A stretch of DNA of 64,000 nucleotides from Christensenella sp. UBA1750 (GTDB lineage: Bacteria; Bacillota; Clostridia; Christensenellales; UBA1750): contig DCHO01000010.1 in NCBI GenBank assembly GCA_002315655.1, forward strand, positions 37,002 through 101,001, written 5' to 3'. The position numbers and the translations under genes are program-made. The notes under the pieces are model-generated. The model had not been told where the DNA came from, ran no database searches, and saw nothing but the letters and a program-made list of their open reading frames with translations. Below, piece after piece: positions 47,801 to 52,693 of the stretch; position 1 is the stretch's first letter, and each line of letters starts with the position of its first letter.

Positions 47801-50800
47801 CTTGTAGGTATGCAGGTCACCCGCGTAGAAATAGGTGGAACCGGCCACATACTGGTTGGTGTTGTTGCAGCCACGGCCAAAATTGATGGGCGTAATGCCT
47901 TCCACCAGAGAGTAGGAAGTGGCGCAGTAGCAGTACGAAATGTCAATGTTGGAAAGGTTCTGACCGACGAAACCGCCGAAGATAGAATCCTTAATGTTGT
48001 CGATGTCCTTCGTTTCGATATAGTTGAAGGCGTAGCAGTTTGAAATGCGGCACTGGTTCCATCCGATAAAGCCGCCGACATACAAACGGGAGTTGTTTGC
48101 TGTGTCGATGTTCATCTCGGTGACGGAGGCTGTGCAGTTGGAAATATCGCCCTTGTTGGAGCTGCTGCCGACAAAGCCGCCGATAGAGGCGTTCTTTGTT
48201 GCATAGACCGTAGCGGTATATCCGGCAGTCGCGCAGTTGGTGATCGTACCGCGGTTCCAGCCGACCATGGTGCCTAAGTAGCTGCTGTCTTCATTGGCGC
48301 CGAACAAGCCGTCAACGATCAGACCGTCATCGACTTCGCCGCCAAGAACGAGGTTGTCAAGCACACAGCCGTCATGCAGACAGCCGATGAAGCCGGCGCA
48401 GTCCACGTTAGTCGTCAGAGACAGACCGGTGATCTTGAAATAATTGCCGTGATAGTTGGCCTTGAAGGGATGTGCGATATTACCGATGGCCTGCTGCTTG
48501 GTCACGGTGTCGTAACCCAACAGCTTCCAGTTGTAGCCCTCGTAATGGATATCCATATCCTGAGAGATGTTCACACCTTCGGTCAGATCGCAGTACACGT
48601 CAGAGTAATGCGCAAATTCATAGAGCTGGCGGGCGGAACGGATGGACAGCGCGTTGTTGATGATCTTTTCATCCTCTGTGGGCTTCAAGGTCACAATGGT
48701 CTTCGCAAAGTGAGGGTTGACATAGAAGGTCACACGGGAGTCCACGTTCGCGGATGCGGAAGTCATGGAAACGGCAACCTGTGTATAGAAGCCGTCAGAG
48801 AAGGTCTGCGGATCAATATCGGTGGCAAACTTCTTGTCCAGCGTGCAGAGACGATAGCTGACATTGTTCTCGGTGTCGTCAACAATAATCTGCTCCTCGG
48901 TATCAAAGGAGATCTCAACGATATTGTCATTTTCAAGGTCGCTCAGATTCTTCAGCGTTACTTCGACCACGGTGGCCGTCTCGCTGGAATCGAGCAGAAC
49001 GGCATAGTTGTCCTCGCTCATGTTGTAAGCCAGGGCATAGCCGTCATAGACAACAGGCTTATCCTGCAACAGGTCAAGACCGCTGCCGTAGAAGCCGTAG
49101 GTCTGGTCGGAATACTGCTCAAAATACACGATGGAGCCGGAGTTGACGGTGTCAGAAGCCCAGTCACCGTACATGGGCATGGGAGAACCATCCACTACCA
49201 GGAAGGGATAGGGATAAGTGGTCAGGCCAAGACCGGCCTTCATGTTATAGGGGGTGGAGGAACCGGCCTGTTCCTTGCTGGTGGTATAATGGAGCTCCGA
49301 GCCGGAACCGAAATTGCACTTGAACTCGGCAATATCGTCAGCTTCCACAAGCGTAGCAACAGGCTTGTGAATCGTCGTATTGGTGGTTCTTACCAAAGCA
49401 TCCTCGGGAAGAACGGGCAGCGAGCTGCTCATGGCAATGTAGTAGTTGTTCTTGGAGGAGTCCGGGTGAGAAATAGCTTTGCAGAGATAGTAGGAATTTC
49501 CGGCGGGCAGCTTGTATTCCTGCTCAAAGCAGAACACGGAATAGACATTATTGATGCTGCCCATATCACCGGCGGTGATGCCGGCAACCTTGGAGGAAAT
49601 GCCAAGCTGGAAACCGGCAATATAACAATCGGAAATGGTACTGTCGGTGTTGATGGAGCCGCCGATGCCGCCGACCACGTCGCCGAACATATAGCAGGCC
49701 GCATAAGAGGTGTTAATGATGACGTTGACGCTTCCGCTGGTCTGACCGATCAGACCGCCGGCGTTGGTCGTTGCTTTCAGCACGGAGGCAGCCAAGCTGT
49801 TCAGAATATTCACTCTGGCTTCGGTGGAACCGATGAGGCCGCCGACGTTTTCACCGACCAGATACTGCACGTCCTTCGCGTAGATACGGTTGTAGCAGGC
49901 GTAGTCCAAATACACGCGGCAGCCGTTCATGGTGACGGGGGAAGAGGACTTGATGCTGCCGACGATGCCGCCGACATTGCCCGTGCCATAGATCTTGGCA
50001 CCGACAACGTAAATATCCGTGAGCTTAGTGCCGAAGAATTGGGAGAACAGACCGGCGTCGCCGGAAATGGGGCTGGTGGCGGAGCCGATGGCAATGCCGG
50101 AAATGATGTGCTTCTGACCGTTATAGGATTCAACCTTGGAGTTGTTGATGGGCGCAAATGTAATATCAGAGCCATAGACAGACTTCCAGGTCATTTCAAG
50201 ATAAATGTCATCAATCTGGGTGGCCTTGATGGTGGAAAAATCGGTCTCCCCGACCGTATTGAGGTTCTGCAGGTGACGGCCATAAGCGATGCCCGCATTG
50301 AGCTCAGTGGAAGACACAGTGGTGCTGTCCGCAAAGAGGCTGTTGCAGGTATCGGAGTCGGAGGCCTTGCTGACTTCAACCTTCTCCTTGGAACCGGTGT
50401 AGACGATCTCCATGGAGACGGTCAGGTTGTCTCCGGGGCGCATACTGCTACTGCCGCCCTTCTGATCGACCTTGGACACGGTATATTCGTCAATTTTGCT
50501 GCCCTTTGTGGTGCCGCAAATCCGGGTACCGAAGGACAGGCCTTCCTTCAAGCTGTCAAGTATAATGGAATCGGAATAGGTATTGGTGGTTATGGTGACA
50601 TCCCTTGTCATCTCAACAACAGAACCTTTGTCGTTCTCAATAGAAACAGTGATTCTGAAAGAGTCGTTGGTGAGGTCATCGGGAATTTTAGCGGAAACGT
50701 TGGCAACCAGTTCTTCACCGTTGATCACGTTCACGCTGCCAATCAAAGTATTAATCTTGCTGTCGCCGAGTGCGGACAGAACGCCGCCGCCGTAATAACC

Positions 50801-51319
50801 GACTCTGGCGCCATCCTTTTTACGGTTTTCATTGTTACGATAGTTATCCTGATGAATCTGCTCTAAGGTATAGTTTTCCTCCTCAGAATAGAAAACAGCA
50901 TAAATAGACCCGGAGTTCGGGTCGTATTCCACAACATACTTGTTCGCGGCCACTTCATCGCTGATCGAGCCCTTGGGGAACAGCAGGTTCATAACATCGG
51001 TATCGTTGCTGTTGATCTTGCTGACCACATAAAGCTTGGTATCGGAAGCAGCCCCTGCCCAGTCAGAGGGCTGATAGGACAGTTCCGTGCCTTTCTGCGA
51101 AACCGCATTCAAACGACCGTTGGCATAAAGCTCTTCCAAACGGTTCTGGGCAGACGTATAAATGATCTGCGCAGTGGAATCCAATTTCGTCTGTCGAAGG
51201 TTTCTGCTGATAAAGTGATACCCCGTGAACGAAATTGCCGCAAGGATCACAAGGATCGCGACCGTAATCAGCGTCTCCATCATCGTGAAACCTTTTTTGC
51301 CGTAGTGCTTTTTCAACAT
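35876..51319 (-). CDS. Giant (5,147 aa) prepilin-type N-terminal domain protein: putative pilus-displayed mega-adhesin
   Basis: Uninterrupted 15,444-nt ORF. N-terminus MLKKHYGKKG/FTMMETLITVAILVILAAISF is a class III signal. Three super-modules contain 11 G-G-[LFI]-[IVG]-G (GLUG-like) motifs, and each ends in YPxP...YG[DET]W. An acidic linker EEEPQEGEEGEESGE follows. Aa 2543-4971 carry about 25 repeats with the [FY]xGW[YF]T...GKW...LYAxW signature of Listeria-Bacteroides (Flg_new) repeats. A 176-aa C-terminal domain closes the protein. RBS AGAGGT lies 7 nt upstream. Confidence 0.9.
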   Translation of the reverse strand: MLKKHYGKKGFTMMETLITVAILVILAAISFTGYHFISRNLRQTKLDSTAQIIYTSAQNRLEELYANGRLNAVSQKGTELSYQPSDWAGAASDTKLYVVSKINSNDTDVMNLLFPKGSISDEVAANKYVVEYDPNSGSIYAVFYSEEENYTLEQIHQDNYRNNENRKKDGARVGYYGGGVLSALGDSKINTLIGSVNVINGEELVANVSAKIPDDLTNDSFRITVSIENDKGSVVEMTRDVTITTNTYSDSIILDSLKEGLSFGTRICGTTKGSKIDEYTVSKVDQKGGSSSMRPGDNLTVSMEIVYTGSKEKVEVSKASDSDTCNSLFADSTTVSSTELNAGIAYGRHLQNLNTVGETDFSTIKATQIDDIYLEMTWKSVYGSDITFAPINNSKVESYNGQKHIISGIAIGSATSPISGDAGLFSQFFGTKLTDIYVVGAKIYGTGNVGGIVGSIKSSSPVTMNGCRVYLDYACYNRIYAKDVQYLVGENVGGLIGSTEARVNILNSLAASVLKATTNAGGLIGQTSGSVNVIINTSYAACYMFGDVVGGIGGSINTDSTISDCYIAGFQLGISSKVAGITAGDMGSINNVYSVFCFEQEYKLPAGNSYYLCKAISHPDSSKNNYYIAMSSSLPVLPEDALVRTTNTTIHKPVATLVEADDIAEFKCNFGSGSELHYTTSKEQAGSSTPYNMKAGLGLTTYPYPFLVVDGSPMPMYGDWASDTVNSGSIVYFEQYSDQTYGFYGSGLDLLQDKPVVYDGYALAYNMSEDNYAVLLDSSETATVVEVTLKNLSDLENDNIVEISFDTEEQIIVDDTENNVSYRLCTLDKKFATDIDPQTFSDGFYTQVAVSMTSASANVDSRVTFYVNPHFAKTIVTLKPTEDEKIINNALSIRSARQLYEFAHYSDVYCDLTEGVNISQDMDIHYEGYNWKLLGYDTVTKQQAIGNIAHPFKANYHGNYFKITGLSLTTNVDCAGFIGCLHDGCVLDNLVLGGEVDDGLIVDGLFGANEDSSYLGTMVGWNRGTITNCATAGYTATVYATKNASIGGFVGSSSNKGDISNCTASVTEMNIDTANNSRLYVGGFIGWNQCRISNCYAFNYIETKDIDNIKDSIFGGFVGQNLSNIDISYCYCATSYSLVEGITPINFGRGCNNTNQYVAGSTYFYAGDLHTYKTYVLKESVPEEFVDHAVCVKMSEVFKDHIPSGYSEKAEESYYCEKIRTHKEDENLNYSYPSTVVKNASGIPVHYGEWIEEASLNEVGFFYWEHETGGSNEGYHYYLIPGGTNADDNDKGIEISTKIENMLCKAHDDGGVIDSDKGFGFGYYILNDVEKNVKISWEGIANVDNTVGSTKSLNAEAKKNMDENFIGYSFYPYYTQDAYASSNTDGLSLSGSKANGAFYIGNKSDDKGTCYAYKYTFSPFFAGGIQFGYIQGNNVQNNLVNNEYKSLTSKDENKQSLLRTMNSEPGTDDNQYQIRSIDQLQFINWNSNRKNAISGANNNLDINISWTNISIDKIYTEYTYLQHGQVGLADQFKGDTQSRAAAESYVPHRYWLQSHDLGSEDVVNFTSIASASDSFFSLSEILSDITGVQNRYLWAWFGNSYDGGSYKIKNLSINTSSYSAGLFGATAGAQIENVIMYANNDQAKIAKTGSIENPAYSLGGLIGIAYEYSNESDGYIRNCAIAGYTIEDSTVSSSGADCNIGGLVGSTSVDMENCSAVVTIKMNQNISEKGTRGNYFRVGGLVGSVSASNSTSSEASGQIRKIINCYTGGKIEFTSIGRNLLNQSTSGHHVGTSLTDWSEIDTVVTDSNNIYIGGLGGGAYTCNFRNFSDDNNWYINGLVRSGSPYYENCYTYMELPQYTLENTIRAVSVIGSLGEQYGNIATLTIENCYYLDTVEANITKDVDLTKNKNLTFGYSLWKILGDLRYGYKTSGSAPKLSDAETYMLNGKSVKDTNYRWVILGNYSFLSKRIPNSDNIASTYNINGLYAVNFDQLSGEQDIYTMSGTERMCDALNKGNSDSNKFNFVTVFAEDGVTRIDGKYSFPGLDAELQGENYPFPAIIKQGDSIWVHYGTWLKNTGMYSDTQSIYLDLMRYTDDGTGNTAYANSEEVRLAFYKDYVDKTADITAGKTVEQLQSLIQIYFGDINDKRTESDYQNVVIQRVENTDGKARIVAKVIAKKINPNEQITTERVNFVYSDIDNQYSTKITTNITADLVISVFEDGEPKQSEEEPQEGEEGEESGERVASNTYTFYVRKDYEGDEQYIDEYSQTFYLKALTNGMAIMNADELHWENKTETDPKNYYTIESSSDCVTIKMLPYNKFTVIGERQGTAQVKIVLHEVQTTAELGGFLSAGETSRVDSNNTLTITFKVMGEGHVVLANLVYDADFPQPRAAMYDKVYNQAYDGERYLKEFIGDKDIEEAIRPLDLNENPKYDSGLYILTQNITLTTWEVYDYRVLSEDKLTEYYAEDRPITIDTASALRGAALSNGGYSWMKMAVGVNGAQPGEIYYVKIKLRDYNTEEAPNDGKQHEIELGQYYMVPYDYMTVTLNANGGTWPDGNEVVQFTRILPNSCERLYGDNSAPTNDPKGITGWYTLSEGGTQVLDRYGKPILNVEGYTNALGWEDRNDVTLYAHWGNKYTLTLNDTATETTHDYLMVEGATVEGLIYYDGETAVDYDTMMAELNNKTEHTNERLAAWCDGDSEEIDRYGNFITENLVKDGRWIRKESVELTAKWTNSLTLKLHYGLNNTETASFEIPFNSSISVKGDVNYKPWLYDMKTNNQVLKGWTTKDGLTTILTRNGAHVNGVAVAGIVKTDGIVDTYDTIDLYANYTQAKYTLHLSSSETEWSKDVEITAYDKAIVNTTATFQFPTRKYYNLAGWQNAAKDKVLTQKDTATSSSYAIAESEVEGVTVTENEQIVWEAGDKSLSAIWERIKFTLSLILRQKGSSSNDDAAYSVNIDVEAGTEVTASSEFDEATVLEKYGEGFAKEHVEIVSWNDEPDGGVAILNADGTPADTAPDTIIEDGCWVQDNALTLYAQLQSTAFKVVLKGGAYNNNSTSAAIEQFRKEAVTVADSDTFKNFTVVDEYTPVGTDDIYEFIGWGTAPTNLVLDGDGNPAENVAEENIKEGKWNLSSSKPATLELTAQYSIVPRFTLKLVNASQSVFEQKYRYDDAAVTNQKLDNDEMRDFIGWGYYDNDNKRVLVLGADGNFMDGVDVPGYVKDRKWDVPSTTTEITLTSMWDGTAFELILDSGDGKWSDESKQKSAGVVKYNSLVSTINVGTLPTNQLYLEVKKNVAEDNGTYKIEKYKPDAVLTGWFTSDGKQVLNADGTVYSGLTEIEGLVKKNSSNQLVWCDNLDSATLYAHWDKPYFTLVLDDNDMNGKTYTFQEQFYTKATLQDNKNPSYTKPTMTGYTLDGWYTTKECSPGKKILTADGDKSQGWFSGVFGQINGEGTSYWVKYNTTYTIYPKWVPNNHQVKLVDGSVSNEYYFTFAEEASINNLKKKIEEKDKADRYEVTTVYSPTLTLDSRKAFIGWFTEADNGNNTNSENGVMVLDSTGVPLKNVTGGTTKYTDANGNWIYDGDLTLYAHYEREETDKYSSLTLDKNTNGDKTDVYTIFRTEDGGAANLKGEKDINGQIYSAPVNSGKALMGWYSKRKDGNGKGNKGVKVLNADGTYAASDGSVVKNGNWVATQDRYLYARWTDAYVVELSAPDAENEEGKLNEIFAAKTTPAEFSASGYDVAPERSGYTLVGFNTAANGGGVEVIHVNNDGSLSLNKNIRAGSTTYSNNDGKWMINKNITLYANWKGNTYTVTLNDSDGTKLTEITETYGENVVFNYTPSKPGYSFAGWYVGDKVALSSGGTWSTTYVQNGKWIYKDNVTFTAKWNGQSYDLTFNAMNGTENQTISVTNGTDTVTGYTAPGKTGHTLAGWYSLDPANSGAQLVMKTDKSLVASVNGYTDKNAKWGLTVAKTVYAKWTANKYDLVLMEEGVTTALTTISQTYGENVVLNYNTSRSGYVFNGWYIDDELIVNASGEWQSTAYVQGGKWMYDSGLTLTGKWTANNATLKLMPNGGSVSPDELSVTSGNTTAPTGYNAATRTGYTLNGWFTQATGGTKILDNAGVPVKAATTYTTADGKWIVPTNNSTVTLYAQWTGNPYTLTIVDDITGGKTEISETYGSTMTFGSFTTTKPGFVFDGIYNGETKVYDGTNWIGTGTSIVNAEGKWAHAGNLTLIAKWNPNSGHLSLNGNNGTPASQTLDIVAGQSSAPNYKAATRTGYTLDGWYTKTIGGTKIVEADGTPVVTENGTDYTTKDGKWIIANDGDTIALHAHWTGIEYTLTVVDEITTAQTKITETFGSAATTGSFEFTKTGYTFDGFYDGNTLIYSTGTGWVNSTYVNASNWNYANDATLTAKWKLKDIKLTLNDGSSTKDYTIHYGETASVNSLTNYVGPAPDRKIFTGWYTAASGGTKVLNPNGDVITSVSSYVANGKWILDGNTTLYAQYDESNTKKIELYVNGKLHQAFMITPDYSVQATLKGVLATSGLPYTVPSIEGKRVTGWYTQESGGSKVLNIDGTGVSNMVTGYISAGMLNYSWSKLLGDTTKLYAHTSDANYTVRLIDDTDEENTWTAELFVNNSEGADTLVASGYTVPTKEGYHVESWNTARKGSGSVVIKTNNGSNGTSGTPTLQPSVSGYTEGSSKWALNATVKELYVKWAPNNYTVTLVCNGSSENRTVTYDTDVNLGTKTVTGYAFKGWMVNGKLVTDETGKWLDNSYVVNGQWKYADNITFEAKLAGYAANVILNPDNGNAAPDPVSVTAGTTNLSTYSAPKKEYYTLSGWYTGKNGAGSKVLEANGNTVASSTYTDANKKWIVTENGMNIQLYAYWTGNTGKVKLSANSASSNKGVTYDIATGGYGISNIASVTKNGGWAIEGWYDGNSSSAKKVLNANGTPVGNSSWIASDGKWQVKTVGETLTLYAKWTRTIYKFTQQSSLPSSGNFVILNKTLDSNSAGATAGAQVMRKEDNSIGKLSLYYLNKDYSAGYSWNSSGFGYTTTKLPDNYLWTMKNGQIANVSNTNSCVSISRTKRTVVLVTWYEYSLGISTNVNATWSYSADSHKLKYKKDGWEAYLVPAYKASDSGEAVYIYKYEEVGETSYD
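36407..43693 (-). repeat. Coding tandem array of ~25 Listeria-Bacteroides-type repeats (78-125 aa each) inside the giant gene
   Basis: Hand-parsed repeat boundaries cover aa 2543-4971. Each unit ends in ...L[YT]A[KQHN][WYL] and has a central G[WF][YFNTQ]... aromatic motif. Confidence 0.85.
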
Positions 51320-51347
51320 AACGTGTACCTCTAAAAATTATTTCTCG

Positions 51348-51468
51348 AAACAACTTGCTAACAGGTGGACATAGTTGTAAACAACTTAGAAACAACTACG
51401 CCTATTATACGGCATTCTCCTCCCCCGGTCAATAGTCTATACGCAGTTTTGAAAACAACTTAGAAACA
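51348..51468. promoter_or_regulatory. Three direct copies of a 16-nt element flanking the giant-gene promoter
   Basis: AAACAACTTAGAAACA is perfect at 51379-51394 and 51453-51468. A degenerate copy AAACAACTTGCTAACA lies at 51348-51363. One copy is upstream of the -35 box and two are in the 5' UTR. Confidence 0.6.
51404..51432 (-). promoter_or_regulatory. Sigma-A promoter of the giant pilin-like operon
   Basis: On the minus strand: TTGACC (51432-51427), 17-nt spacer, TATAAT (51409-51404). About 85 nt upstream of the ATG at 51319. Confidence 0.6.
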
Positions 51469-51594
51469 TTTTTCTACGGATTTATCATGTTTTCTCTCTG
51501 TTTTTCCGGTATTATTAAGTTATTGTTAATTTGTTATTTCAAACCAAATTTCCAAGAAACATCTATTGAAACAAGTTTGGAAATAACTGAGGTG

Positions 51595-51637
51595 AAATAT
51601 AAAACGCCCTCCCCCATGTTTCTGTCACGGGAAGGGC
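51595..51637 (-). terminator. Terminator after the GH130-like gene
   Basis: On the minus strand: GCCCTTCCC-(12-nt loop)-GGGGGAGGGC (9 bp, one G:U), then GTTTTATATTT. Confidence 0.6.
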
Positions 51638-51652
51638 ATTTCGTAGTATATT

Positions 51653-52693
51653 CTATTCTTCCAATATCGCCTGGCAGATCGTATGATCCGCCGCGCCGTA
51701 ATACATTCTGGTTTTCCCCTTGAATTTCACGATGGTGTTGCACACGATGCAGGGCTTTTTCGTGTGCCCCTGTAATTCATGCGGCAGTTCAGGCTTAAGG
51801 AGGGGCTTCTCCTCCATGGTAACAACTTGTTTCAGATTGTTTCTGTTGATATAGGCGCAGCCTATGCTCCAGAGGCCATCCTTACTCATGGCATTGAAGT
51901 AATAGGCAATGGTGTCTCCCTCCAAGATCGCCCCGGCTCCGGCTTCGCAAGAGCCCGCAAAATACGGGATGTCCGGGTACTGCGGAAACAGGCAGATCAG
52001 ATTGCCGTCTTCATCCTTTTCCTGTTTCCAACGCACCAGATCGGGCGAGGAAGCAAGATAGCCCCTGTGGGACAGATACGCCCAATATTTCCCGCCTATT
52101 TTCACAGCCTTTGGGTGTCCCTTTTCCAAAGTCGATACGATCACACCGCTTCTGGAATGGTTCCAGAGCTCCCTCTGCGCCATCGGCAAGGCAGGTCCGA
52201 GTTTTTCCCAGTGGATCAGATCGTCCGACACGGCGCACAGCAGCACATCCTGCCAGTCGCCCAAGCATTGGCCGTACTCATAGCGTCCGTCGTATTTGCC
52301 CGTCCATGCGGTGTAGTTCATGTAGAACCGCCCGTCATCGCCTTCCGCAATATGCAAGTCCTGGCAGCCGCCCCACCACTCAAAGGGCAGGCACTCGTCC
52401 GGCATGGGGTACAAAACCGGGTATGGCAGCACGGTAAAGTGTTCTCCGTCCTCCGATGTGGCGTGCCCGATGCGGCAGGTCATTTTGTTGTTGCCGCAAT
52501 CATCCTTGCCCACGCCGTAGGGAGCATCCGCCCGGAAAAAGAGGTGCAGGGTCTCCCCTTCCACCACCGCTGCCGGGTTATACACATTGGCGCTCATCCA
52601 GGCAACGTCCTTCCGTTCCACAGGGCAATAGAAAATGTGCTCGTTATCCGGCATAAGAACCGGGGTTTCCGTCTTCGTCCACATATCAGTCAT
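51653..52693 (-). CDS. GH130-like glycosidase/phosphorylase family protein
   Basis: Beta-propeller-like pattern: NVYNPAAVVEGETLHLFFRA, IGHATSEDGEHF, YMNYTAW, SDDLIHWEKLG, ASSPDLVRW, MYYGAADHTICQA. The start is at 52693 (ATGACTGA overlap with the upstream stop) or 52684. Family is from memory. Confidence 0.6.
   Translation of the reverse strand: MTDMWTKTETPVLMPDNEHIFYCPVERKDVAWMSANVYNPAAVVEGETLHLFFRADAPYGVGKDDCGNNKMTCRIGHATSEDGEHFTVLPYPVLYPMPDECLPFEWWGGCQDLHIAEGDDGRFYMNYTAWTGKYDGRYEYGQCLGDWQDVLLCAVSDDLIHWEKLGPALPMAQRELWNHSRSGVIVSTLEKGHPKAVKIGGKYWAYLSHRGYLASSPDLVRWKQEKDEDGNLICLFPQYPDIPYFAGSCEAGAGAILEGDTIAYYFNAMSKDGLWSIGCAYINRNNLKQVVTMEEKPLLKPELPHELQGHTKKPCIVCNTIVKFKGKTRMYYGAADHTICQAILEE

Noticed and set aside
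35876-51319. The possibility that the 15.4-kb ORF is an assembly artefact, either collapsed or chimeric repeats.
   Set aside because: The 25 repeats and three GLUG modules are strongly diverged at the protein level, so they are not prone to collapse. The frame is intact throughout, and promoter, RBS, coupled downstream genes and terminator are all coherent. This cannot be fully excluded without long reads, which is stated as a check.
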